Assembly (NCBI GenBank): GCA_902572915.1
Contig: CACGHR010000001.1
Location: 1-52,431 of the forward strand
DNA length: 52,431 nucleotides
DNA from: an uncultured Prochlorococcus sp.
GTDB taxonomy: Bacteria; Cyanobacteriota; Cyanobacteriia; PCC-6307; Cyanobiaceae
Direction of reading: 5' to 3'
Both the position numbers and the translations under genes were made by a program. The notes under the pieces are model-generated. The model had not been told where the DNA came from, did no database searches, and saw nothing but the letters and a program-made list of their open reading frames with translations. This document shows, piece after piece, positions 21,200 to 29,705 of the stretch. Numbering within the stretch: position 1 is the stretch's first letter; each line of letters opens with the position of its first letter.

Positions 21200-21646
21200 T
21201 TGCAATATTTTTCTAAAAAAAAACTTGTTCTTCCAGAAGGTTATTTTGTTAACTCTTCTCAAATCCCTTTAGCTAAAGAAGTCAACAAACTTTTAGCGAA
21301 TTGTGGTTGTGAGACATTTCCAATAAAACCTCTTTCTGAGGCTATTCAGAAAAGTAATTTCTTTTTTACTATACAGAGTGAATTAAAAAATAAATTATAT
21401 GGCTTTGTAAGGGTTACTTCGGACAGGGGATTGAATGCTAACTTGTGGAATTTAATTGCATTGCCAGATAATAATCAGAAACTTTTTTATTCAATATTGC
21501 TTCAAGTAACTCTTGAGAAAATAAATAGAGAAATGCCTGGATGCAGTATTTCTGTACAGGCTCCAGTATCCTCGTTCGAAAGTCTAGAGGAAAATGGATT
21601 TATACTAGACCCAAACGGAATAAGAGTAATGGGATATAAACTTTAA
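21200..21646 (+). CDS. GNAT family N-acetyltransferase-like protein
   Basis: LYGFVRVTSD-x-NANLWNL and terminal LEENGF pattern resemble the GNAT fold; acetyl-CoA motif degenerate. Confidence 0.65.
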   Translation: MQYFSKKKLVLPEGYFVNSSQIPLAKEVNKLLANCGCETFPIKPLSEAIQKSNFFFTIQSELKNKLYGFVRVTSDRGLNANLWNLIALPDNNQKLFYSILLQVTLEKINREMPGCSISVQAPVSSFESLEENGFILDPNGIRVMGYKL

Positions 21647-21657
21647 CAATCATGTTA

Positions 21658-21731
21658 CGAGCATGGAGGGATTCGAACCCCCGACTCTCAGAACCGGAAT
21701 CTGATGCTCTATCCAACTGAGCTACATGCCC
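21658..21731 (-). tRNA. trnR: tRNA-Arg (CCG)
   Basis: Reverse complement GGGCATGTAGCTCAGTTGGATAGAGCATCAGATTCCGGTTCTGAGAGTCGGGGGTTCGAATCCCTCCATGCTCG; anticodon CCG. Confidence 0.97.
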
Positions 21732-21808
21732 TTTAATTTTTCAATTTCTTTAAAGAAAATCTAAATATTTTAAACTTAGCTAATTTAATTAATGAGTGCA
21801 CAAGAAAA

Positions 21809-22900
21809 ATTTTTTTAAATAAATTAAAAATTAAAAATTTTCGGAACCATAAAAGTTTTGAAATAGATTTAGAAGAGCAAAGAGCAATTGTTCTTGGCAT
21901 TAATGGTATTGGTAAGTCAAATTTACTTGAATCGGTTGAATTTTTAAGTCAATTAAAATCTAATAGAGCATTAAACGATAAAGATTTAATAGAGAACGGC
22001 AGTGATATGGCTGTAGTTATAGGACAGATAAATTTTAAAGACGATTTAAAGTTAAATTTATTCCGAAAAGGCCCTAAAAAAATTTACGTCAATGAATCAA
22101 TTTTAAAAAAACAGAGTGAAATAAATAATTATATTCGGAGTGTATGTTTCTGTTCTAATGATATTGATATTGTTAGAAGTGAACCCAGTTATCGAAGAAA
22201 ATGGATTGATAAAGTAGTATCTCAGCTTGAACCAGTATATTTAGAATTGATAACTAGATATAACAGGCTTTTAAAACAAAGAAGTCATTTTTGGCGTTCG
22301 GAAAGTTTCTTAAAAACCCAATCCTCAGATATTGTTGAAAGCTTTGATATTCAAATGTCAATAGTAAGTACAAGAATTTTTAGGCGAAGAAGAAGAGCTT
22401 TATTGAAAATAAAACCATATGTTGAATATTGGCATAATCATTTAAGTAAATCTAAAGAGCAAATAAGCATAAATTATCTTTCGGGGATACAAAATATAAG
22501 TCCAGAAGAAGAAGAAGAAGAAGTTATTAGTAAAAAAATTGCAGAACAACTATTAAATCAGAGATCAATCGAAGCATTAACTGGAAAATGCAATTTTGGT
22601 CCTCATCGTGATGATTTTGAGTTTCTAATTAATAATGTTTCAGTTAGAAAATATGGTTCATCAGGACAGCAAAGGACTTTCATCTTGGCTTTGAAGATGG
22701 CTGAACTAGATTTATTAACTAAAACATTAAATGTTCCTCCAATACTTATATTGGATGATGTCTTGGCGGAATTAGATTTAACCAGGCAAAATTTGTTATT
22801 AAATTCTGTTGGCAAAGAAAGTCAATGTTTTATAAGTGCTACACATTTAGATAAATTTAATCAGTCTTTCTTAGGCTCTTCGCAAATTATTCACTTATAA
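21809..22900 (+). CDS. recF: DNA replication/repair protein RecF (true N-terminus lies upstream of the track ATG at 22007)
   Basis: In-frame upstream reading IFLNKLKIKNFRNHK...GINGIGKSNLLES (RecF N-terminus plus Walker A); GPHRDD, SSGQQR, LILDDVLAELD downstream; start codon non-canonical or uncertain. Confidence 0.9.
   Translation: MFLNKLKIKNFRNHKSFEIDLEEQRAIVLGINGIGKSNLLESVEFLSQLKSNRALNDKDLIENGSDMAVVIGQINFKDDLKLNLFRKGPKKIYVNESILKKQSEINNYIRSVCFCSNDIDIVRSEPSYRRKWIDKVVSQLEPVYLELITRYNRLLKQRSHFWRSESFLKTQSSDIVESFDIQMSIVSTRIFRRRRRALLKIKPYVEYWHNHLSKSKEQISINYLSGIQNISPEEEEEEVISKKIAEQLLNQRSIEALTGKCNFGPHRDDFEFLINNVSVRKYGSSGQQRTFILALKMAELDLLTKTLNVPPILILDDVLAELDLTRQNLLLNSVGKESQCFISATHLDKFNQSFLGSSQIIHL
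22505..22522 (+). repeat. (GAA)6 trinucleotide tract encoding EEEEEE within recF
   Basis: Six perfect GAA units read directly from the sequence. Confidence 0.9.
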
Positions 22901-22951
22901 TTTTAAAAGACATGATTTTTAGCTAATCTTAAATTCATATAAATTTCTTAA

Positions 22952-23386
22952 ATGGAAATCTACAAAAAAAATCAAATTTTAAGTTCGTTTCGTGATGATC
23001 AAAAGTTAAGTCATCAAAGTAAACACCTTTTGTTGGAACTTTATAGATGCGATTGCGAAAAATTAAATGACGAATCCTTTTTGCGCTGTACTTTAAACAG
23101 AGCTGCTAAATTGGCAAATGCAACAGTTTTGAATTTGATGAGTAATAAATTTGAGCCTCAGGGGGTTACGGCGATTGCATTACTGGCTGAATCTCATATT
23201 TCCATACATACTTGGCCTGAATCTAATTATTCTGCAGTCGATATTTTTACATGTGGTCAAAATATGATGCCTGAACTGGCTAGTCAATATTTAATTGAAT
23301 CTTTGATGGCTAAAGAACATTCTTTGCGGGTCATTAAGCGAAATCCACCTTCAGAAGTTTCAAAACAGATCAGAACAGTTATTTGA
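22952..23386 (+). CDS. speD: S-adenosylmethionine decarboxylase proenzyme (pyruvoyl-dependent)
   Basis: FEPQGVT, LLAESHISIHTWPE (E|S cleavage site), DIFTCG motifs. Confidence 0.92.
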   Translation: MEIYKKNQILSSFRDDQKLSHQSKHLLLELYRCDCEKLNDESFLRCTLNRAAKLANATVLNLMSNKFEPQGVTAIALLAESHISIHTWPESNYSAVDIFTCGQNMMPELASQYLIESLMAKEHSLRVIKRNPPSEVSKQIRTVI

Positions 23387-23395
23387 ATATATTAT

Positions 23396-24220
23396 TTACC
23401 TATTTAATTTTCCGCTTATTAGTCCTTCAAGATCTAAGCTTGTGCAATTAAATCCTAAATCATAAAAATATTGAACTAACTCATTTAAATTATACTTTTT
23501 AAAAAAATGCTTAAAATCTTCTTGAGGAATTTCTATTCTTGCAGTTGAGCCTTGGCATCGAACTCTAACCTCCGATAATCCACCTTCTTTAAGGTATTCT
23601 TCTGCTTTCTCAACCATTTTGAGCCTCTTGCTAGTTATTTCATGGCCATAAGGAAATCTTGATGACAAGCAAGGTTGAGCAGGTTTATCCCACCAAGGGA
23701 ACCCTAATGCTTTTGATATATCCCTTATGTCTTGTTTGGAGAACTTAAATTTTGCAAGGGGAGAGACAACTCCTGCTTGTTTTGAGGCTTGTATACCTGG
23801 TCTGTAATCTTTAAGATCATCCAGATTGACTCCATCTAAAACAATCTTGTAATTAAGTTTTTTAGAGAGATAGGTTGTATGTTTGTGAAGCTCTTTTTTG
23901 CATGCAAAGCACCTATCCTTGGGATTTTTACTGTAACTTGATTGGTCTAATTCTGATGTTTTAATTTCTAAATGCTTTACTCCAATCCATTTTGCTTGAC
24001 TTCTTGCCTCTTCACGAAGAGTATTAGCTAATGCAGGAGAAATACCAGTTATTGCAACTGCTTTGCTACCTAGTTGCTCGAATGCTAATGATGCTACTAA
24101 TGTACTGTCAACTCCTCCGGAATAGGCAATACAAACATTATCAAGATTCTTTATGTATCTTCTAATTGTATAAAGTTTTTCACTTTGTTCATCAGAGAGA
24201 ATTTCTAGTTGATTGAACAT
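23396..24220 (-). CDS. larE: LarE family ATP-dependent sulfur transferase (PP-loop)
   Basis: AYSGGVDS PP-loop, RCFACK, DDLKDYRPG, PCLSSRFPYG motifs. Confidence 0.88.
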   Translation of the reverse strand: MFNQLEILSDEQSEKLYTIRRYIKNLDNVCIAYSGGVDSTLVASLAFEQLGSKAVAITGISPALANTLREEARSQAKWIGVKHLEIKTSELDQSSYSKNPKDRCFACKKELHKHTTYLSKKLNYKIVLDGVNLDDLKDYRPGIQASKQAGVVSPLAKFKFSKQDIRDISKALGFPWWDKPAQPCLSSRFPYGHEITSKRLKMVEKAEEYLKEGGLSEVRVRCQGSTARIEIPQEDFKHFFKKYNLNELVQYFYDLGFNCTSLDLEGLISGKLNR

Positions 24221-24328
24221 GCTGATTACTTTAAAATTTAAATTACCTATGAATAGGTTGAATTTATTATTAAATCTTTAATAATATTATTATCTATATC
24301 TTAGATTAAATTAATTAATTTTGTTCAA

Positions 24329-25489
24329 TTGACGAATACGAGTAGAAATAGAGGAATTGGAATTGTCACAGCAAGTGATAGTCAAGAGAGATCAAAAGGT
24401 CAATTACATATTTATGATGGAGAAGGCAAGGGCAAAAGTCAGGCTGCTTTGGGAGTTGTTCTCAGAACAATAGGTTTAGGAATATGCGAAAAAAGACAGT
24501 CAAGAGTTTTACTTCTAAGATTTTTAAAAGGTCCTGAGAGGCCATATGACGAGGATTCAGCTATAGAGGCTTTACAAAGAGGCTTTCCACATTTAATTGA
24601 TCATGTAAGGACAGGAAGATCAGAATTCTTTACTGCTGACCAAGTTACAAAGTTTGATATTGGTGAGGCTGAGAGAGGTTGGAATATTGCTAAAGGAGCG
24701 ATTGCTAGTTCACTTTATTCTGTAGTTGTACTAGATGAGTTGAACCCAGTTCTTGATTTAGGAATGCTTGATATCAATGAAGTAGTTGAATCTCTTCAAA
24801 ATCGTCCAGATGGATTAGAAATAATTATTACCGGAAGGGCAGCCCCTCCCTCTTTGGTAAGAATATCTCAACTCCATTCAGAGATGAGACCACGTTTGAC
24901 AGAAGACTTATCAAAACTAACCAAGCAAAGCAGCTCTAGTGGTGGAATTGAAATTTACACAGGTGAAGGAAAGGGTAAATCCACAAGTGCACTTGGTAAG
25001 GCTCTTCAAGCTATCGGTAAAGGAATATCTCAAGATAAAAGTCATAGAGTTTTAATATTACAGTGGTTAAAAGGTGGGAATGGTTATACCGAAGATGCTG
25101 CTATAGAAGCTTTAAGAGAGAGTTACCCCCATTTAGTAGATCATTTGCGTTCAGGCAGAGATGCCATCGTATGGAGAGGTCAGCAACAACCAATTGATTA
25201 TGTTGAGGCTGAAAGAGCATGGGAAATTGCTAAAGCTGCTATTTTGTCTGGTTTGTATAAAACAATTATTTTAGATGAATTGAATCCAACTGTTGATTTA
25301 GAACTGCTACCTGTGGAATCAATACATCAAACGCTCTTAAAAAAACCAACAGAAACAGAAGTTGTTATTACTGGGAGGTGTAAAAATGAACCTTTATACT
25401 TTGAACTCGCTGATGTCTACTCTGAAATGGTTTGTCATAAGCATTATGCAAATGTTGGAGTTGATTTAAAAAGAGGTGTAGATTACTAA
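24329..25489 (+). CDS. cobO: cob(I)alamin adenosyltransferase, BtuR/CobO type, internally duplicated
   Basis: Two copies each of IY[DT]GEGKGKS, LDELNP and ITGR motifs. Confidence 0.9.
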   Translation: MTNTSRNRGIGIVTASDSQERSKGQLHIYDGEGKGKSQAALGVVLRTIGLGICEKRQSRVLLLRFLKGPERPYDEDSAIEALQRGFPHLIDHVRTGRSEFFTADQVTKFDIGEAERGWNIAKGAIASSLYSVVVLDELNPVLDLGMLDINEVVESLQNRPDGLEIIITGRAAPPSLVRISQLHSEMRPRLTEDLSKLTKQSSSSGGIEIYTGEGKGKSTSALGKALQAIGKGISQDKSHRVLILQWLKGGNGYTEDAAIEALRESYPHLVDHLRSGRDAIVWRGQQQPIDYVEAERAWEIAKAAILSGLYKTIILDELNPTVDLELLPVESIHQTLLKKPTETEVVITGRCKNEPLYFELADVYSEMVCHKHYANVGVDLKRGVDY

Positions 25490-26649
25490 ATATTCTTAAA
25501 AATATTAGTTGCACAATATTTTTTTACCTTTTCAATGCCGCCTTCAATAGATTTTGATTGAATTTTGAATTGAGATAAAATTCTTGAGGCTTTTTCAGAA
25601 CGTTTCCCCGATTGACATATCGTGAAAATCTCTTTACTTAAACTTTCTTTTTGAATAAATTTTAAGTCAGATTCTTGATTCAAATGACTTAAGGGGATTG
25701 ATACAGATCCCTTTATTGCAGAAGTAGAAAATTCTTCATTTTCTCTAACATCAATTAAAAGAATTTTGTTTGGTTTTGCTTTGTATAAACTATTAAAGTC
25801 ATAAGCATTAATACTTTTGATTTCATTATTTTTCTCACAATATTCATCCTTATTATAAAAGCCCTTAAACTGAGACAGATTTTTTATACGTTTATTTGAC
25901 TGATCACTTTTTAGATTAAATTTTTTTATATTCATATTCAATAGATCAAAAATTAAAATTTTCCCATCTAAAATTTCGCCTTTTTTCAAAATGATTTTGA
26001 TAATTTCATTAACTTGAAGAATTCCTATTAAACCTGTTGAAACACCTACAACCCCGTATTCTGCACAACTAGGGGCAGCATTTTTTGACGGTGATTCTGG
26101 AAGTAAGTCTCTTAAATTTGGACTATTTTTATATAAATTGAAAACACTCACTTGCCCTTCAAAGCCTTGCACACTTCCAAAGACTAGGGGTTTATTTAAT
26201 ATCAGGCATGAATCATTTATTAAATATCTTGTGCCAAAGTTATCCGAGCAATCACAAATAACATCAAACTCTTTTATTATTCCAAGAGCATTTTTAGGAT
26301 TAATTCTCTCTGAAAAGGTTAATATTTCACAATTAGGATTGAATTTTTGAATTCTCTCCCTGGCTGAATCAATTTTAAGATTGCCAATAGTATTTGTTTC
26401 ATGAATTATCTGTCTTTGGAGATTAGATTTTTCAACTTGATCGTTATCAACTATTCCAATTCTCCCAATTCCTGTAGCGGCAAGATAAAGCAAAACGGAA
26501 GACCCAAGCCCACCTGCTCCGATGCATAATACTGAGCTGTTTTTAAGATCTAGTTGCCCCTCATAACCTATCTCTTTGAGGGTTAAATGTTTTTGATATC
26601 TTTCTTCCTCATCTGAGTTTAAGAAATTAAGTTTGATATCTTTGGACAT
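25486..26649 (-). CDS. moeB: MoeB/ThiF sulfur-carrier adenylyltransferase with C-terminal rhodanese domain
   Basis: GAGGLG, SNLQRQ, CSDNFGTRY, PSCAEYGV motifs; rhodanese LIDVRE...CQSGKRS. Confidence 0.9.
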   Translation of the reverse strand: MSKDIKLNFLNSDEEERYQKHLTLKEIGYEGQLDLKNSSVLCIGAGGLGSSVLLYLAATGIGRIGIVDNDQVEKSNLQRQIIHETNTIGNLKIDSARERIQKFNPNCEILTFSERINPKNALGIIKEFDVICDCSDNFGTRYLINDSCLILNKPLVFGSVQGFEGQVSVFNLYKNSPNLRDLLPESPSKNAAPSCAEYGVVGVSTGLIGILQVNEIIKIILKKGEILDGKILIFDLLNMNIKKFNLKSDQSNKRIKNLSQFKGFYNKDEYCEKNNEIKSINAYDFNSLYKAKPNKILLIDVRENEEFSTSAIKGSVSIPLSHLNQESDLKFIQKESLSKEIFTICQSGKRSEKASRILSQFKIQSKSIEGGIEKVKKYCATNIFKNI

Positions 26650-26942
26650 ACCTATACTTTAATTTTTTGCGAGCTAAACTATGAAAACATAATAATTAAA
26701 ATAAAAATTTTAGCCTTTTAAATTTTTCTCATTACTGCGATTTATTAATGTTTTTGTTAGAGGTAGACGATAATGTGAAGTTTTTTAAATTAAATTTAAG
26801 TTTAAATATCTTCAGAAACTTCATATACCAACGCATCTAAAAAATACAAAATGTTTCGGTTCGGAATTTTGCACAACAAAAAGGTAGTCAACAGACGTTT
26901 TTTCCGATACTGTCTGGTTCATATATTAAGTTTACTGAATTC

Positions 26943-27308
26943 ATGAGTGATAACACTCCAGAGTCAAACCAAGACTCCGGCTCCGATACAAGCTCAGAAA
27001 CCAAAAGCTTTTCAGAGAAGTACTCTGATGTTATGGGAAAAGTCAACGAAACCCTTGGTAATGTTGATTGGACTCAGATGGGTAAGTATGGCAAAGCGGC
27101 AGGCATAATTGCTGTTGTCGTAATAGCTCAGATAATAATTAAAGTTGTCATTGACACGATAAACTTTTTCCCAATTCTCCCTGGTTTACTAGAACTACTA
27201 GGCGTAATTGTCGTTGGTCAATGGAGCTGGCAAAATCTTCGTACCAGTGAAAATCGTGAAGCTGTTTTAGATAAGGTGCAAAATCTTAAAAAGACATATT
27301 TAGGTTAG
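26943..27308 (+). CDS. curT: CAAD/CURT1 thylakoid membrane curvature protein
   Basis: Acidic N-terminus, two TM helices with IN.FPILPGLLELLG, C-terminal amphipathic helix. Confidence 0.82.
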   Translation: MSDNTPESNQDSGSDTSSETKSFSEKYSDVMGKVNETLGNVDWTQMGKYGKAAGIIAVVVIAQIIIKVVIDTINFFPILPGLLELLGVIVVGQWSWQNLRTSENREAVLDKVQNLKKTYLG

Positions 27309-27315
27309 TTAAAGA

Positions 27316-28194
27316 TTACATATTCAGTATTTCCTTGACGTAATCTTTAACTTGTTTTAAGTACCCTCCTCCAAACATATTGGCATGATTTAGTATGTGA
27401 TAAAAATTATAAATAATAATTCTTTTTTCAAATCCCTTTTTTATGGGAAAAATTCTATGATATTCTTCATAAAATTCTTTGCTAAAACCTCCAAATAGTT
27501 TTGTCATAGCTATATCTACTTCATTATCTGCCCACCAAGATGCCGGATCAAAAATTACTCCTTTTCCACTTTTGTCTATTCCTGCATTTCCTGACCATAA
27601 ATCACCATGAACGAGAGTATTTATTGGCTTATGATTCAGCAACTCTGATTTAATTTTTTCTATAACTTGATTTATAGTTTCTTTCTCTAAAAACTTTGAC
27701 TTAAGGATTAATAATTGAGGTTTTATGCGTAAGTTTAAAAAACAATCTATCCAATTATCCTCCCAGCCTTTCTTCTGATCTGTTGTGCCGATAAAACCCT
27801 CAACCTGAAAACCAAACATTTTCTGATTAGATTCAGCTGATTTTAAATGCATTTCTCCTAAACCTTTTCCAAGATTTCTTTGGTCAAAGTTTTTCATTTC
27901 TATCCATTCAATCAAAAGAATCTCTACATTGTTTATATTTTTATATGCAATAACTTCAGGAATAACAAAGTTTTCTTGATTAATGTACTTTCTCAAATTT
28001 TGAAGACAAAATTTTTCAAATTCAAGAAATTTTTTGTTTCTAATGTTTCTTTTGAGGAATAATTTTTTGTTTGAGAATTCTATTTGCCAGGTACTATGAA
28101 TATCACCTCCGTGTACTTGTTCAATACTTTTTGGATAGATTTCACCTAATTCATCACAAATTTCGTTAACTTCAATAGGGGATAATTTTTGCAT
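27316..28194 (-). CDS. fructosamine kinase family protein
   Basis: VHGGDI, FLKRN, LVHGDLWSGN, IFDPA, YHILNHAN motifs; ATG 28194 chosen because the track start 28269 lies inside crtD. Confidence 0.88.
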   Translation of the reverse strand: MQKLSPIEVNEICDELGEIYPKSIEQVHGGDIHSTWQIEFSNKKLFLKRNIRNKKFLEFEKFCLQNLRKYINQENFVIPEVIAYKNINNVEILLIEWIEMKNFDQRNLGKGLGEMHLKSAESNQKMFGFQVEGFIGTTDQKKGWEDNWIDCFLNLRIKPQLLILKSKFLEKETINQVIEKIKSELLNHKPINTLVHGDLWSGNAGIDKSGKGVIFDPASWWADNEVDIAMTKLFGGFSKEFYEEYHRIFPIKKGFEKRIIIYNFYHILNHANMFGGGYLKQVKDYVKEILNM

Positions 28195-28199
28195 TTTCA

Positions 28200-29705
28200 A
28201 TGAGAAAGTCTGAAGTTGTTGTTGTTGGCGCAGGTATAGCAGGACTAACTTCTGCAGCGATTTTATCAAAACAAGGCTTATCAGTTAATTTAATCGAATC
28301 TCATACTCAATCAGGTGGATGTGCTGGTACTTTTAAAAGAAAGAATTATATTTTTGATGTTGGTGCAACTCAAGTTGCAGGTTTAGAGAAAGGAGGAATA
28401 CATTCTAGGATCTTTAATTTTTTAGATATTCCATCTCCTGAAGCCACAATTTTAGACCCTGCTTGCATCGTTGATTTAAATGATGGTGGTCAGCCTATAC
28501 CTATTTGGTATGAAAAAAGTAAATGGATTGCTGAACAAGAAATGCAGTTTCCAGGGAGTAGTAGATTTTGGAAACTTTGTACTCTCATTCATCAAAGTAA
28601 TTGGGTATTTGCTAACAATAATCCTGTATTGCCAATAAGTAATTTTTGGGATTTTTCTCAACTTCTTAAAGCACTAGTACCGTCAAATCTCGTCACAGGT
28701 ATCTTACTTAAATCTACTATTTTTGATTTATTGCGGATATGTGGATTATCTAATAATGAGCGCTTAATAAAATTCTTAAATCTTCAACTAAAACTTTATT
28801 CTCAAGAGGACGTTTATAATACAGCCGCATTATATGGATCTACTGTTCTTCAGATGTGTCAACAGCCACATGGTCTGTGGCATCTTAAAAAATCTATGCA
28901 GTCTTTAAGTGAAGCATTAGAAAGTTCATTGAGTAAAACTGGAGCTAATCTAATTTTTGGACAAAAAGTTAATTCTATAAAATTTGATGATGTAAATTTG
29001 TGTTGGACAATATCTTCTAATTCAAAAAAAAATTCTTTTATTTACCAAGCTAAAGATTTGATTTATACTGCGCCTCCTCAATCTTTGCTCAAGCATTTGA
29101 AAGATCCCTTAAAAAGAAAACAAAAATATAAAAATCGATTGAGTCATTTGCCTGATCCAAGTGGAGCTTTAGTTTTTTATTCAGCACTAAAAAAAGAAGA
29201 TATTAAAAAAAATTCTTCTAATCATTATCAATTTGTTTCGAAAGAATTTGGTTCTTTGTTTGTATCAATTAGTGATGACGGTGACGGAAGAGCGCCAAAA
29301 GGAGAGGTCACATTAATAGCTAGTATCTTTACTAAGACTAAAGATTGGTTTGATTTGGATAAACAAATTTACTTAAAGAAGAAAAATGATTTCATGAAAA
29401 AAATATCGCTTGAATTAGAAAATCAATTCGATATTGATCCTGAAAATTGGCTACATAGGGAATTAGCAACTCCATTGGGATTTGAAAAATGGACTAATAG
29501 ACCTAATGGAATAGTAGGCGGGCTTGGTCAAAATCCAGATATTTTTGGTTTATTTGGATTATCAAGTAGGACTCCTTTTGAAGGATTATGGCTATGTGGA
29601 GATTCGATTTATCCAGGAGAGGGGACTGCAGGTGTTAGTCAATCTGCATTAATGGTTTCAAGGCAAATTTTAGCTTCCAAAGGTATTGAAAATTTTAGTT
29701 TATAA
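28200..29705 (+). CDS. crtD: FAD-dependent carotenoid C-3',4' desaturase (CrtD-like)
   Basis: VVVGAGIAGL dinucleotide fold, GGCAGTF, FDVGATQVAG, LCGDSIYPGEGTAGV motifs. Confidence 0.82.
   Translation: MRKSEVVVVGAGIAGLTSAAILSKQGLSVNLIESHTQSGGCAGTFKRKNYIFDVGATQVAGLEKGGIHSRIFNFLDIPSPEATILDPACIVDLNDGGQPIPIWYEKSKWIAEQEMQFPGSSRFWKLCTLIHQSNWVFANNNPVLPISNFWDFSQLLKALVPSNLVTGILLKSTIFDLLRICGLSNNERLIKFLNLQLKLYSQEDVYNTAALYGSTVLQMCQQPHGLWHLKKSMQSLSEALESSLSKTGANLIFGQKVNSIKFDDVNLCWTISSNSKKNSFIYQAKDLIYTAPPQSLLKHLKDPLKRKQKYKNRLSHLPDPSGALVFYSALKKEDIKKNSSNHYQFVSKEFGSLFVSISDDGDGRAPKGEVTLIASIFTKTKDWFDLDKQIYLKKKNDFMKKISLELENQFDIDPENWLHRELATPLGFEKWTNRPNGIVGGLGQNPDIFGLFGLSSRTPFEGLWLCGDSIYPGEGTAGVSQSALMVSRQILASKGIENFSL

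Noticed and set aside
26650-26942. Long moeB/curT spacer as a decayed gene (e.g. JAB-domain protease) or sRNA
   Set aside because: Manual translation gave only short frames with no recognisable motif, and divergent promoters suffice to explain the space. A tBLASTn against Synechococcus loci would be needed.
28195-28269. Longer fructosamine-kinase start with a poly-Q N-terminus
   Set aside because: It overlaps the crtD start on the other strand; QQQQ is the antisense of crtD's VVVV codons.
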